Shown: piece after piece, positions 48,328-56,785 of the stretch | Position numbering within the stretch: the stretch's first letter is position 1 | Layout of the letters: every line of letters starts with the position of its first letter | DNA from: a virus | Taxonomy: Duplodnaviria > Caudoviricetes | Length of the DNA stretch: 64,000 nt | IMG/VR virus record: IMGVR_UViG_3300027730_000005 | Reading direction: 5' to 3' (one strand) | Position numbers and translations under genes: made by a program | Notes under the pieces: generated by a model | Told to the model about the DNA's origin: nothing | What the model saw: the letters and a program-made list of their open reading frames with translations, nothing else | Database searches by the model: none

Positions 48328-48834
48328 TTAACTATTTAAAACCTTGGCAACACTATTCATCACACTAGCAATTCGACCAATGTCACGAAGTTGTTCGACA
48401 GTATAACCTTCTGTCTTCAATGTTTCGTAATGTGCTTTTACACAGAAGTGGCATTTACCAACAATACTGGCCGCTAGACTGAATGCTTCAAAGTTCGACT
48501 TGGTAGTTCCGCCATGGCTTGCGATAGCGTTCATTCTGAGTTGTGCCGGTAACCCCTTGAGAGCAGGATCATCTGCCATTTCGACGAATGGGTAAAAAAT
48601 ATTGTTCTGTGCCATAATACTAGCGGCTGTCATGGCAGCATCTGCATGAACAGGTGCGTCTGCTAGCATAACTGCAAGTACCTTACCGTTGCCAGTTGCA
48701 GCAAGTGCAGCCACCGCACAACCCATGGCCACATCTGCATCTAATGTACTACGTAGTAGCACAGCATCCAGATTTAACTTGGTGTCCTTGGCATAGTCTG
48801 GCAATGCGCCTTTTACTGATTCAATAAAACTCAT
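48328..48834 (-). CDS. ahpD: Alkyl hydroperoxide reductase AhpD
   Basis: LPDYAKD.KLNL; SIVGKCHFCVKAH. Confidence 0.88.
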   Translation of the reverse strand: MSFIESVKGALPDYAKDTKLNLDAVLLRSTLDADVAMGCAVAALAATGNGKVLAVMLADAPVHADAAMTAASIMAQNNIFYPFVEMADDPALKGLPAQLRMNAIASHGGTTKSNFEAFSLAASIVGKCHFCVKAHYETLKTEGYTVEQLRDIGRIASVMNSVAKVLNS

Positions 48835-49466
48835 TCTTTTCTTCCTTCAATGGTATAAAACCAATCATCTCCAGCCGACCACTTGCGTGTACCATCAACT
48901 GTGAATATTGTCTGTGCGGCTTTAAAGTCTGGAAACTTAACATTACCCGAAATCAAACTTTGATCGTACCACAAACATCGATTGTTGGGTTGGCAGGCAA
49001 ACTGACCATTTTCTAATTTAATAAAATTAAACGATTTGTGTTCTTCGGCAACTTCAGTAAAGCCTGTGTCTACATCCATGCCGTCGGCACAAAAATCCAC
49101 AGTAAACAAATAAGTCCCGTGATGCCATTCCTTGTCTTTGCCCAAGAACTTAACACCTAAATTACGCAGACCTATTTTTTCAATAATAGTAAAGCGGTAG
49201 CCCATGCAGTCCCAAAGCTGTAGGGTATCTATGGGCAAATTACCTGTGTAATTCTCTTGCCACACATACGCATGAATAGGTAGCTTGTCGTACAGTGCTC
49301 CATAATTGGGTAACAGTGATTCAATTCGAAACACCTGTCCCCTAAGAGCTTTGAGACTGACCCATATTGCAGGTTCTAATTCACCGTGACCTTTTTCAAA
49401 GTTGTAAAGAAATTCACGTTTTATAAAACATTTAATCGGCGGCAAAGATCCTACAATATAACTCAT
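48831..49466 (-). CDS. Conserved hypothetical protein
   Basis: GALYDKLPIHAY...LQLWDC...QPNNR. Confidence 0.7.
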   Translation of the reverse strand: MSYIVGSLPPIKCFIKREFLYNFEKGHGELEPAIWVSLKALRGQVFRIESLLPNYGALYDKLPIHAYVWQENYTGNLPIDTLQLWDCMGYRFTIIEKIGLRNLGVKFLGKDKEWHHGTYLFTVDFCADGMDVDTGFTEVAEEHKSFNFIKLENGQFACQPNNRCLWYDQSLISGNVKFPDFKAAQTIFTVDGTRKWSAGDDWFYTIEGRKE

Positions 49467-50155
49467 TCTTTTCTATCGCCAAATAATTGTAACAAGTTAA
49501 TAAACAAGTTGATGAAGTCCATGTACAGAGTCAATGCACCACGCACTTCTGCGCTATCACTGGTCTCAGTACTAAGTTCCTCACGAATCTTTTGTGTGTC
49601 ATAGGCAGTTAGGCCAAGAAAGATAACGATAGCCAATGCTGAAATTACCATCTGCATCACAGTTGAGCCAATAAAAATATTAACAATACTAGCAATAACA
49701 ATAGCAATCAATCCAACAATCATAAACTTACCCATGCTGTCTAGGCTTTGTTTAGTAAAGTAGCCGTAACCACTCATGACACCAAACAAGATAGCTGCAC
49801 CCATAAATGAGCTTACAATGCTACCCATATTGAATACAGCAAAAATTGTAGCAAAGCTCAATCCCATTAGGGCCGCAAAGCCATGTAAGCATAACTGTGC
49901 CACGCCTTTACTGGGATTATTGCCTAGCACATAGCTGACACCAAAGATTGCCGCTAGTGGAGCAAAAATAACAACCCATTTTAACACACCTGTAAAAAAG
50001 AATTGTAGTAACTCTGGGCTAGAACCCACAAAATAGCTCACAAACATTGATACAATCACAGCAAGGCTCATGTGTCCGTAGACCCGACACATTGCTGAGT
50101 TGATTTCGCTTGCAGAACGATATGATCTTTCGTTTTCATAAGTTGTTTCAAACAT
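49463..50155 (-). CDS. Bax inhibitor-1/YccA family membrane protein
   Basis: About 7 TM; GLTAYDTQKI, ALTLYMDFINLF. Confidence 0.9.
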   Translation of the reverse strand: MFETTYENERSYRSASEINSAMCRVYGHMSLAVIVSMFVSYFVGSSPELLQFFFTGVLKWVVIFAPLAAIFGVSYVLGNNPSKGVAQLCLHGFAALMGLSFATIFAVFNMGSIVSSFMGAAILFGVMSGYGYFTKQSLDSMGKFMIVGLIAIVIASIVNIFIGSTVMQMVISALAIVIFLGLTAYDTQKIREELSTETSDSAEVRGALTLYMDFINLFINLLQLFGDRKE

Positions 50156-50165
50156 AAGTTTCTCC

Positions 50166-50786
50166 TTAAAATTTACCAGATGCTAATACGATTTGACAAA
50201 TATGTTCTAATCGTTCAATGTGTTCAAACGCACGCCATGGGCTGGTATCGATTGCAACAACACCGTGACCTTTGATACCCACAATGTCATAGGCAATATT
50301 ACCACGGTCATCTAATTCCAACCGATAATGGCACTGATCAGCAAGTTCTTGGCTGATTGGTTTCACGTCACCTACATTAGGTGCTACCTTGGTATAACGA
50401 CTAAGTTCAGGAAAGTCATCAACAATAGTACTCAGATCAATGCCGGCATGCATAGCCGCAACACAATAGGTAGGATGCAAGTGAACTACTACTCGAACAT
50501 CATTGCTATGTTGACCCATTGCTCTCTGTAATCCAAAATGTAATGGAAGTTCTCCACTGGGATTTAGATTAGCACTAATGTCAGTGTAGAAATCTTCTTG
50601 CCATAACAGCCCATGAATACTGATCTTTTTAAATTGGTCAGGTTGTAGTGTCTGTTTACGGACGCCACTGGGTGTGATATAAAAGTGATCACGGTCGTGA
50701 TGACGAATACTTACATTACCATCACGACTAGTAATCCAATTGCGTTTATATGCCTCGACTAGAGTATCACAAATAGTTTCTAACAT
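50166..50786 (-). CDS. Class II aldolase/adducin family protein
   Basis: GNVSIR, ITPSG, PSGELPLH, VHLHP, IKGHGV. Confidence 0.85.
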   Translation of the reverse strand: MLETICDTLVEAYKRNWITSRDGNVSIRHHDRDHFYITPSGVRKQTLQPDQFKKISIHGLLWQEDFYTDISANLNPSGELPLHFGLQRAMGQHSNDVRVVVHLHPTYCVAAMHAGIDLSTIVDDFPELSRYTKVAPNVGDVKPISQELADQCHYRLELDDRGNIAYDIVGIKGHGVVAIDTSPWRAFEHIERLEHICQIVLASGKF

Positions 50787-50982
50787 AATTATTTTCCGTA
50801 TTGTTTTTTGGCAAATCATTTGCCAGGGCATCCTCGTAAGTCAGTGATGGATCGTTCCAGATGTTACAATTATTCCACTCACGAATCCTGGCCAATCTCT
50901 CCGCGTCAGTCAGTTCATAACATCTAGGGTTACGATCTGGCTGACGAAGTGTATCAATGCCTCTACTTAGAAGCCTGAACAT
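50767..50982 (-). CDS. Small hypothetical protein
   Basis: ORF track. Confidence 0.5.
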   Translation of the reverse strand: MFRLLSRGIDTLRQPDRNPRCYELTDAERLARIREWNNCNIWNDPSLTYEDALANDLPKNNTENNYVRNYL

Positions 50983-51522
50983 TTAGAGAGTCTCGCCGCC
51001 CACTGTACGGTTACAGGCACACAGTTCGCCAGTTTGTAGCGCATCTAATACACGAAGTGTTTCGTCCGGACTACGACCAACATTCAAGTTGTTCACAGTA
51101 ACGTGTTGGATAACGTTGTCTGGGTCAACAATGAATGTGGCGCGAAGTGCGGCACCTGCTGGAGCATAGAATACGCCGAGTTGTTCAATCAAGCTCAACT
51201 CACCACGCTGTGTGTCTGCGAATTGTGTGTGGGTGATTTTCTTTAGATCTGCGTGAGCATTTTGCCAGCTAACTTTACAGAACTCATTGTCTGTTGAACC
51301 TGTTAGCAATACTGCGTCACGGTCAGCAAAATCGCTAGCCAACTTGTCATACGCAACAATCTCTGTAGGACATACAAAAGTAAAGTCCTTGGGATAGTAT
51401 ACGATAATTTTCCACTTGCCTTCAAAGCTTTTCTCCGAGATATCGAAAAATGCATCTTCTGGTTGCCCGGGACGAACGCCGGTGACTACGAATGCATCAA
51501 GTTTATCGCCAACTGTTTTCAT
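50983..51522 (-). CDS. ahpC: 2-Cys peroxiredoxin AhpC
   Basis: YPKDFTFVCPTEI; ELCAC. Confidence 0.93.
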   Translation of the reverse strand: MKTVGDKLDAFVVTGVRPGQPEDAFFDISEKSFEGKWKIIVYYPKDFTFVCPTEIVAYDKLASDFADRDAVLLTGSTDNEFCKVSWQNAHADLKKITHTQFADTQRGELSLIEQLGVFYAPAGAALRATFIVDPDNVIQHVTVNNLNVGRSPDETLRVLDALQTGELCACNRTVGGETL

Positions 51523-51636
51523 ATTTTCTCCTTAATTTAAAAATGAATTCCAATTAAGTATTATACACTTACAATAGTAATTATCAAAAGATTCTGGCAA
51601 AATTGTTAAATTTTTATGACTTGGCAACTATGGCAT

Positions 51637-51909
51637 TTACCAACCAGATTTTTCTCGGGCCTCAATTTCAAGAGGATTAGCGTGATAGCCAAATCGCAGA
51701 TTATACCAAAGATACACTAAAGTGAATTTTACTGCGCCTAGCCGTTGAATTTGTTCAATGTGTACAGCTTCGTGATCTAAAAGTTTTTGATACTGTGGAC
51801 CCACTCGATCTGGACGAAGATACACAGTTTGCCAAGGCATGGTTATAGCACCATAATCAAATGTTTCTAGAAACCAACGAATTGGACCTGTTGCTGTTTT
51901 TGTTTTCAT
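51637..51909 (-). CDS. Small HEXXH zinc-peptidase-like protein
   Basis: LLDHEAVHIEQ...NPLEIEA; TAAATA 5 nt before ATG. Confidence 0.65.
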   Translation of the reverse strand: MKTKTATGPIRWFLETFDYGAITMPWQTVYLRPDRVGPQYQKLLDHEAVHIEQIQRLGAVKFTLVYLWYNLRFGYHANPLEIEAREKSGW

Positions 51910-51926
51910 AAAAATATTTATCGTGA

Positions 51927-52124
51927 TCATTCAAAAGAAAACTTACTACTGCATCCCAAATCCTGTTCAGAGTTTTTGTCAATATCTTTAGAGATAATGT
52001 CATACACTTGTGTGTATGTGTGGGTAATTTTGTCTAGCTGTTGTTCGGTAACCAAATTATTATCTTCCAAAATAGCTAAGTCTTTAGCTAAGTTTTCTTG
52101 TAATTTTTTTAGTTGGTTGACCAT
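51927..52124 (-). CDS. Small hypothetical protein
   Basis: ORF track; TATAAATA upstream. Confidence 0.55.
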   Translation of the reverse strand: MVNQLKKLQENLAKDLAILEDNNLVTEQQLDKITHTYTQVYDIISKDIDKNSEQDLGCSSKFSFE

Positions 52125-52132
52125 GTATATAT

Positions 52133-53134
52133 TTATACAGGATTTTTGTCAACCAAATTGTCGCGGAATATTTCCCAAGCTCGTTGCCATGACCATTTTT
52201 GGCTACCTTCTAATACTCGTTCTCTATTCAATACAATACAGCGATGAACCGCAGTGGCTAAATCTTCTTCCAAGTATCCAGTCACTCCCTGCTCAACCAC
52301 ATCCTCGGGACCTTGCACAGGATATGCTGCAACCGGTGTGCCACAGGCCATTGCTTCAATCATTACAATACCAAATGTTTCCCACTGACTAGGGAATACA
52401 AACACATCGGCCTGTCTATAGTAGTCGGCCAATTCTTTACCAGTTTTATATCCTACAAATTCAACATCAGGGTACTGGTGTCGATATGTTTCCAACATAG
52501 GTCCATCACCCACCATGACTTTACAATAACCTGGGTAGTCTAGCTTAAAGAAATCTTCTAAGTTTTTTTCTTTAGAAACTCTACTAACACACAACAGAGT
52601 GCCAGTGTTAGTATAAGAATTGCTAGGATAGAAAATATCTCTATCAACACCTCTTGTCCAAGATATAATATCTCCATCAAATCCATGATCACGCAACTCC
52701 TTTACCATTGAGTCTGTAGTGGTCAGCACTTTACCACTGTGTTTGTGAAACCAACGCACTAAAGGCCAAGTAAGGACCTCAGGTATTCCAAACAGCTTCT
52801 TAATTCCTTCTGGAAATTTAGTATGATAAGCAGTATTGTAGCAATAACCGTGTTTGTCAAGATATTGTCTAGCACACAGACCCACAGGACCTTCGGTGGC
52901 GATGTGGATATGATCCGGATTGATCTCCTCAAGTATCTGGCCCATCTTCCAGGGAAAGGCAATCTTGACTTCGTTGTAGCCAGGGCAATCAACATAGCGG
53001 AACCGCCCGGGATCAAGATATACAACACGATAGTTGTCGCGAATCGCACACGTCTCAATATTTTTGTAGGTCGTGGCCACACCATTGATCTGCTCCGGTA
53101 AATTATCTGTGACTATCAGTATTGTTTTTGACAT
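52133..53134 (-). CDS. GT4 glycosyltransferase, Agt-like (DAG glycosyl/glucuronosyltransferase)
   Basis: ILIVTD...Q.NGV, HIATEGP.G, YHT.FPE, W.RGVD, EKNL, GDGP, DVFVFPS..ETFG.V..EA.A.G.PV. Confidence 0.85.
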   Translation of the reverse strand: MSKTILIVTDNLPEQINGVATTYKNIETCAIRDNYRVVYLDPGRFRYVDCPGYNEVKIAFPWKMGQILEEINPDHIHIATEGPVGLCARQYLDKHGYCYNTAYHTKFPEGIKKLFGIPEVLTWPLVRWFHKHSGKVLTTTDSMVKELRDHGFDGDIISWTRGVDRDIFYPSNSYTNTGTLLCVSRVSKEKNLEDFFKLDYPGYCKVMVGDGPMLETYRHQYPDVEFVGYKTGKELADYYRQADVFVFPSQWETFGIVMIEAMACGTPVAAYPVQGPEDVVEQGVTGYLEEDLATAVHRCIVLNRERVLEGSQKWSWQRAWEIFRDNLVDKNPV

Positions 53135-53289
53135 TTGCCTTCTACCTTAAAACTTTCAAACTTTAACTGCCACTTCATTGTGGCCAGTGCTTGTTCGCAT
53201 ATGTGTTGACTGGGAAATTGTAGTTCTATTCTCCCTGGAGTGTCTTTGGGATTGTTTATGTGAACTGCTATCAATATCATCAACCACAT
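53116..53289 (-). CDS. Hidden overlapping 57-aa protein (MWLMILIAVH...GKCQKQY)
   Basis: Own SD AAGGAG at 7 nt; hydrophobic N-terminus; two Cys; overlaps both neighbours. Confidence 0.65.
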   Translation of the reverse strand: MWLMILIAVHINNPKDTPGRIELQFPSQHICEQALATMKWQLKFESFKVEGKCQKQY

Positions 53290-54043
53290 CATCTCGCTCC
53301 TTGGACCAAGTTACTATTTCCCATTTACCATCATGATGTTCTACCAATGCGGTACAACTTTCTACCCAGTCACCGTCGTTCATATAAATGATACCGTCTA
53401 TGTCTTTGATCTCTGCGTGGTGTATGTGACCACAGATCACGCCATCAAACCCACGCTTTTTACAATAGCCTGCTAGATTCTTTTCAAATTGAAATATAAA
53501 ATCCACAGCTTTCTTTACTCTATGCTTTAGATACTTACTTAAACTCCAATAACCAAATCCCATCTTATGTCGGCCCCAGTTAAACTTACTGTTGAGATTG
53601 AGTACAAAATCGTATAATTTGTCTCCCAAGAATCCCAGCCAAGGAGCTAGTCGTGTAATGCCATCGAACAAATCACCGTGAATCACTAAGTAGTGACGAC
53701 CGTCTACACCTATATGTTCAAATTGATTGTGTATTTCTACTAGACCAAAACTAAACCCATATGGTAACATAGGTCTAAGAAACTCATCATGGTTACCAGC
53801 TATGTAGATAACTCTAGTACCACGTTTAGCATGACCAAGTACTCTACGAACTACATTAGTATGACTTTGTTTCCAACGCCATTTGTTTTGCTGTATTCTC
53901 CAAGCATCAATGATATCACCCACGAGATACAATGTATCGCAGGTGTTGTGCTTGAGGAAATTATTCAATGCTTCGGCTTTGCAATCTTTGGTGCCAAGAT
54001 GTACATCACTGATTGCTATGGTTCTATAAGTTTTGGTTGTCAT
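53156..54043 (-). CDS. plcP: PlcP-like (LpxH2-type) metallophosphoesterase/phospholipase C
   Basis: ISDVHLG, YLVGDIIDAW, AGNHDEFLR, HGDLFD, YWSLS, VICGHIHHA, NDGDWVESCTA. Confidence 0.8.
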   Translation of the reverse strand: MTTKTYRTIAISDVHLGTKDCKAEALNNFLKHNTCDTLYLVGDIIDAWRIQQNKWRWKQSHTNVVRRVLGHAKRGTRVIYIAGNHDEFLRPMLPYGFSFGLVEIHNQFEHIGVDGRHYLVIHGDLFDGITRLAPWLGFLGDKLYDFVLNLNSKFNWGRHKMGFGYWSLSKYLKHRVKKAVDFIFQFEKNLAGYCKKRGFDGVICGHIHHAEIKDIDGIIYMNDGDWVESCTALVEHHDGKWEIVTWSKERDDVVDDIDSSSHKQSQRHSRENRTTISQSTHMRTSTGHNEVAVKV

Positions 54044-54089
54044 AGTTGTTGTATTTGTTATTATAATGCAAACCCACAAATTAAAAACT

Positions 54090-54111
54090 AAAAAAGGACC
54101 AGTTGGTCCTT
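54090..54111 (-). terminator. Intrinsic terminator after pstS
   Basis: AAGGACC-AACT-GGTCCTT-TTTT. Confidence 0.75.
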
Positions 54112-54155
54112 AGTACTGGTTACGAGTTCCAGCCACACTCTATCGTTGTGTGCGG

Positions 54156-55160
54156 TTATTTAATCTGTGTCCAAACTCGCTGACGAATCTGATCTTGCAA
54201 CACTGTGGGCAAGTGTACATAATCCAATTCTTCACTCATGTTCTTGCCGTTCTTGAATGCCCAATCAAAGAATTTCAACGCTTCATCACTGGCGGCTTTG
54301 TTAGTAGGATTTTTGTACATGATAATAAAACTTGCTGAACTCACTGGCCAGGCGTTGAGATTCTTTTGATCCACAATGCTGAGTCCCATACCCGGAACTG
54401 AGAACCAATCAGCACCGTCTGCCGCAGCGGCAAATGTTACGTCATCTGGACTTACATATCGTCCTGCGTTGTTCTGGAGTTGTAGAAATGTCATGTTGTT
54501 CTTTTTAACATACGCATATTCCACATAACCAATTGATCCTTTGATACGGTTTACATTAGCAGCAACTCCTTCGTTGCCTTTACCACCCACTGAACTGGCA
54601 GCAGGCCATTTAACAGCAGCACCTCGGCCCACACGCTGTAGCCACTCGGGACTTACAGTAGCAAGATAGTCTGTCCAATTAAAAGTTGTACCCGAACCAT
54701 CAGCACGGTGTACCACGGTGATTTCTGTATTAGGCAAGGTTTTACCTGGGTTCAATGCTGTTAATTTTGGGTCATTCCACTTAGTAATGTTACCCATGAA
54801 CACTTCCGCCATAACTGGTCCAGTGATCTTTAGTTCTCCGGGCTTGATACCATCTAAGTTAACAATAGGCACAGTACCGCCAATGATGGCAGGGAATTGT
54901 ATCTGTCTCTGTTTGTCTAGGTCTTCACCCTTAACTGGAGCATCGGTGGCACCAAAGTCTACAGTTTTGGCATTGATTTGTCTAATGCCACCTGAACTGC
55001 CAATTGATTGATAGTTCATGCCTTTACCAGTGGCCTTTTTATATGCTTCGGCCCATTTAGCATAGATTGGATATGGAAATGTAGCGCCAGCGCCGGTAAT
55101 TTCCTGTGCTGTTGCAGAAAATGCAACAATTGCAAGTAGCATGGTAATGAGTTTTTTCAT
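54156..55160 (-). CDS. pstS: Phosphate ABC transporter substrate-binding protein
   Basis: Signal peptide; GAGATFPYP, YQSIGSSGG, HRADGSGTT, GKGNEGV. Confidence 0.95.
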   Translation of the reverse strand: MKKLITMLLAIVAFSATAQEITGAGATFPYPIYAKWAEAYKKATGKGMNYQSIGSSGGIRQINAKTVDFGATDAPVKGEDLDKQRQIQFPAIIGGTVPIVNLDGIKPGELKITGPVMAEVFMGNITKWNDPKLTALNPGKTLPNTEITVVHRADGSGTTFNWTDYLATVSPEWLQRVGRGAAVKWPAASSVGGKGNEGVAANVNRIKGSIGYVEYAYVKKNNMTFLQLQNNAGRYVSPDDVTFAAAADGADWFSVPGMGLSIVDQKNLNAWPVSSASFIIMYKNPTNKAASDEALKFFDWAFKNGKNMSEELDYVHLPTVLQDQIRQRVWTQIK

Positions 55161-55202
55161 CAAAATTTCCTTTAGTTGATACATTTATTTAAGCATACAA
55201 GT

Positions 55203-55220
55203 ATTACAATTATGTTACAG
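55203..55220 (-). promoter_or_regulatory. Putative Pho box upstream of pstS
   Basis: CTGTAAC-ATAA-TTGTAAT (7-4-7), 10-11 nt before TTAAAT/TAAATA. Confidence 0.6.
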
Positions 55221-56237
55221 ACTTAGCCAATGTTGATGTAATTGGTTAGTGGCCAAGTTCTTACCTTTGGCTTCAACTTGCATGTCCCACTCTTTACTAA
55301 AGGTCAACGCCCATTCAGTCACAGCATGATTCCACAAGAAGTCACTATGAGCTCGCAGCTTCTGCTTGCGGTATCCAGAATTAAGAAGTTGTCCCAGGTC
55401 GGGACGAACATTGGGATCGTGATCCACCAAAACGTCTTCACGACTAACACTGTAGTGCAAAGCAGGACGAGTACCACGCCAAGACTCCAACACGCGACGA
55501 GCACGAGGGTCGTTAGGAGTGATGTATTCGCCGGTGTTGATCCAGTGGTGGTGGATATCCAGCGTAAGAGCGCAATGCTCAGCCACAAGTAAAGTAACGT
55601 CGATCCCATTTGTCATCTCATCATTTTCAATAGCAATTAGATTCCTAGCTTCTGGAGTAAGTCGACCCAGGGTGCGAAGGAACTTTGTAGGGCCGCCTTT
55701 GCCCGACAAATGTACATTGATCTTAAATCCATGATCATGCCATGAACTGCCATACCCCATCCAACGAGCCATGTCCGCATGGTACTCGAATTCCAAAATA
55801 CTACGTTCCACAATCTCGTCTGCTTCACTGGCCAACACACAAAATTGGCCTGGGTGAAAACTGAGCCGCACACCAAGTCGACGTGCAGCTTCGCCCACAG
55901 GGGCAAAGATTTTTTTGCAATGCGCTTGGATGTCGGCCTGTTGCCACCAAGAAATCCAGCTGGGTTCAGTATAGCCTTGCAGCATTTCGCTGCCCAGCCG
56001 TACCATGCGACGTTCAGGAGCCATTGCACCCACACGTTCCACCATCATCAATGCTGCACGAGCATTGTGATTCATAATATCCCACTGGCGTTGTTCGGCC
56101 TGGTCCTTGTGTTCACGTAACCAACGCATTGTGGTACTTCGTCCGTTGATGTCACGATCAATGGCGTTGACTTTCATTCCGCCAGTTTCATCTGGAGTGT
56201 TAAGCCATTTGCAGCAAAAACCAAATCGAGGATGCAT
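55215..56237 (-). CDS. uvsE: UV-damage endonuclease UvsE/UvdE
   Basis: GFCC, RLSFHPGQF, IENDE, LDIHHH, RAHSDF, VEAKGK. Confidence 0.9.
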   Translation of the reverse strand: MHPRFGFCCKWLNTPDETGGMKVNAIDRDINGRSTTMRWLREHKDQAEQRQWDIMNHNARAALMMVERVGAMAPERRMVRLGSEMLQGYTEPSWISWWQQADIQAHCKKIFAPVGEAARRLGVRLSFHPGQFCVLASEADEIVERSILEFEYHADMARWMGYGSSWHDHGFKINVHLSGKGGPTKFLRTLGRLTPEARNLIAIENDEMTNGIDVTLLVAEHCALTLDIHHHWINTGEYITPNDPRARRVLESWRGTRPALHYSVSREDVLVDHDPNVRPDLGQLLNSGYRKQKLRAHSDFLWNHAVTEWALTFSKEWDMQVEAKGKNLATNQLHQHWLSL

Positions 56238-56239
56238 AA

Positions 56240-56785
56240 TTACTCACCGTTGTTGTTACCCAGTAATTGTAACACATTTGGCAATAGATCTCTAGTGATA
56301 TTGGCAAGTTTTTGGATGGGTTCGGCAAGATCGGTATGATGATCTACTATTACCCATTGTTTACCGCTGCTGCGTATGGCTTCAGCTAATAGTCCAACAT
56401 AGTTGGTTCTACGTTCTGTTGATTTGGTTTCTAGATCAAATCCAATCATAAGAATCACATCAGCTACACTTGCTACCAAATGAGCAGCAATTATGTCGTC
56501 AACCGAATCTACAGAAAAATCAAACTCTCCACCAAATGCCCGCACACCTTTGGGTGCCTTTAACTGTTCATAAACTGTTTGTTGGATGTAAAGATTGCAT
56601 ATCTTTGCATATCCTTGTGCCACTAACTTGGCAGCTTGCTCGGTGTCCCAGCACACCACATTGTCGGTATTATATCCTCGTTGGGTTCGCCAGCTGCCCC
56701 AGATTGGTGCAAGATTTTTTATGGCCTGAACCGGTGTCGTGGGCGGCAACATGGTATTTTCGGCAAATAACCAGGCTATGTTCAT
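56240..56785 (-). CDS. Hypothetical protein (Rossmann-like fragment)
   Basis: AAHLVASVADVILMIGFDL; ATGA-coupled. Confidence 0.6.
   Translation of the reverse strand: MNIAWLFAENTMLPPTTPVQAIKNLAPIWGSWRTQRGYNTDNVVCWDTEQAAKLVAQGYAKICNLYIQQTVYEQLKAPKGVRAFGGEFDFSVDSVDDIIAAHLVASVADVILMIGFDLETKSTERRTNYVGLLAEAIRSSGKQWVIVDHHTDLAEPIQKLANITRDLLPNVLQLLGNNNGE

Noticed and set aside
54044-54090. Second Pho box at the plcP promoter
   Set aside because: A TATAAT is present (54062-54067), but the sequence 10 bp upstream is a T-tract without TGTCA/TGTAA half-sites.
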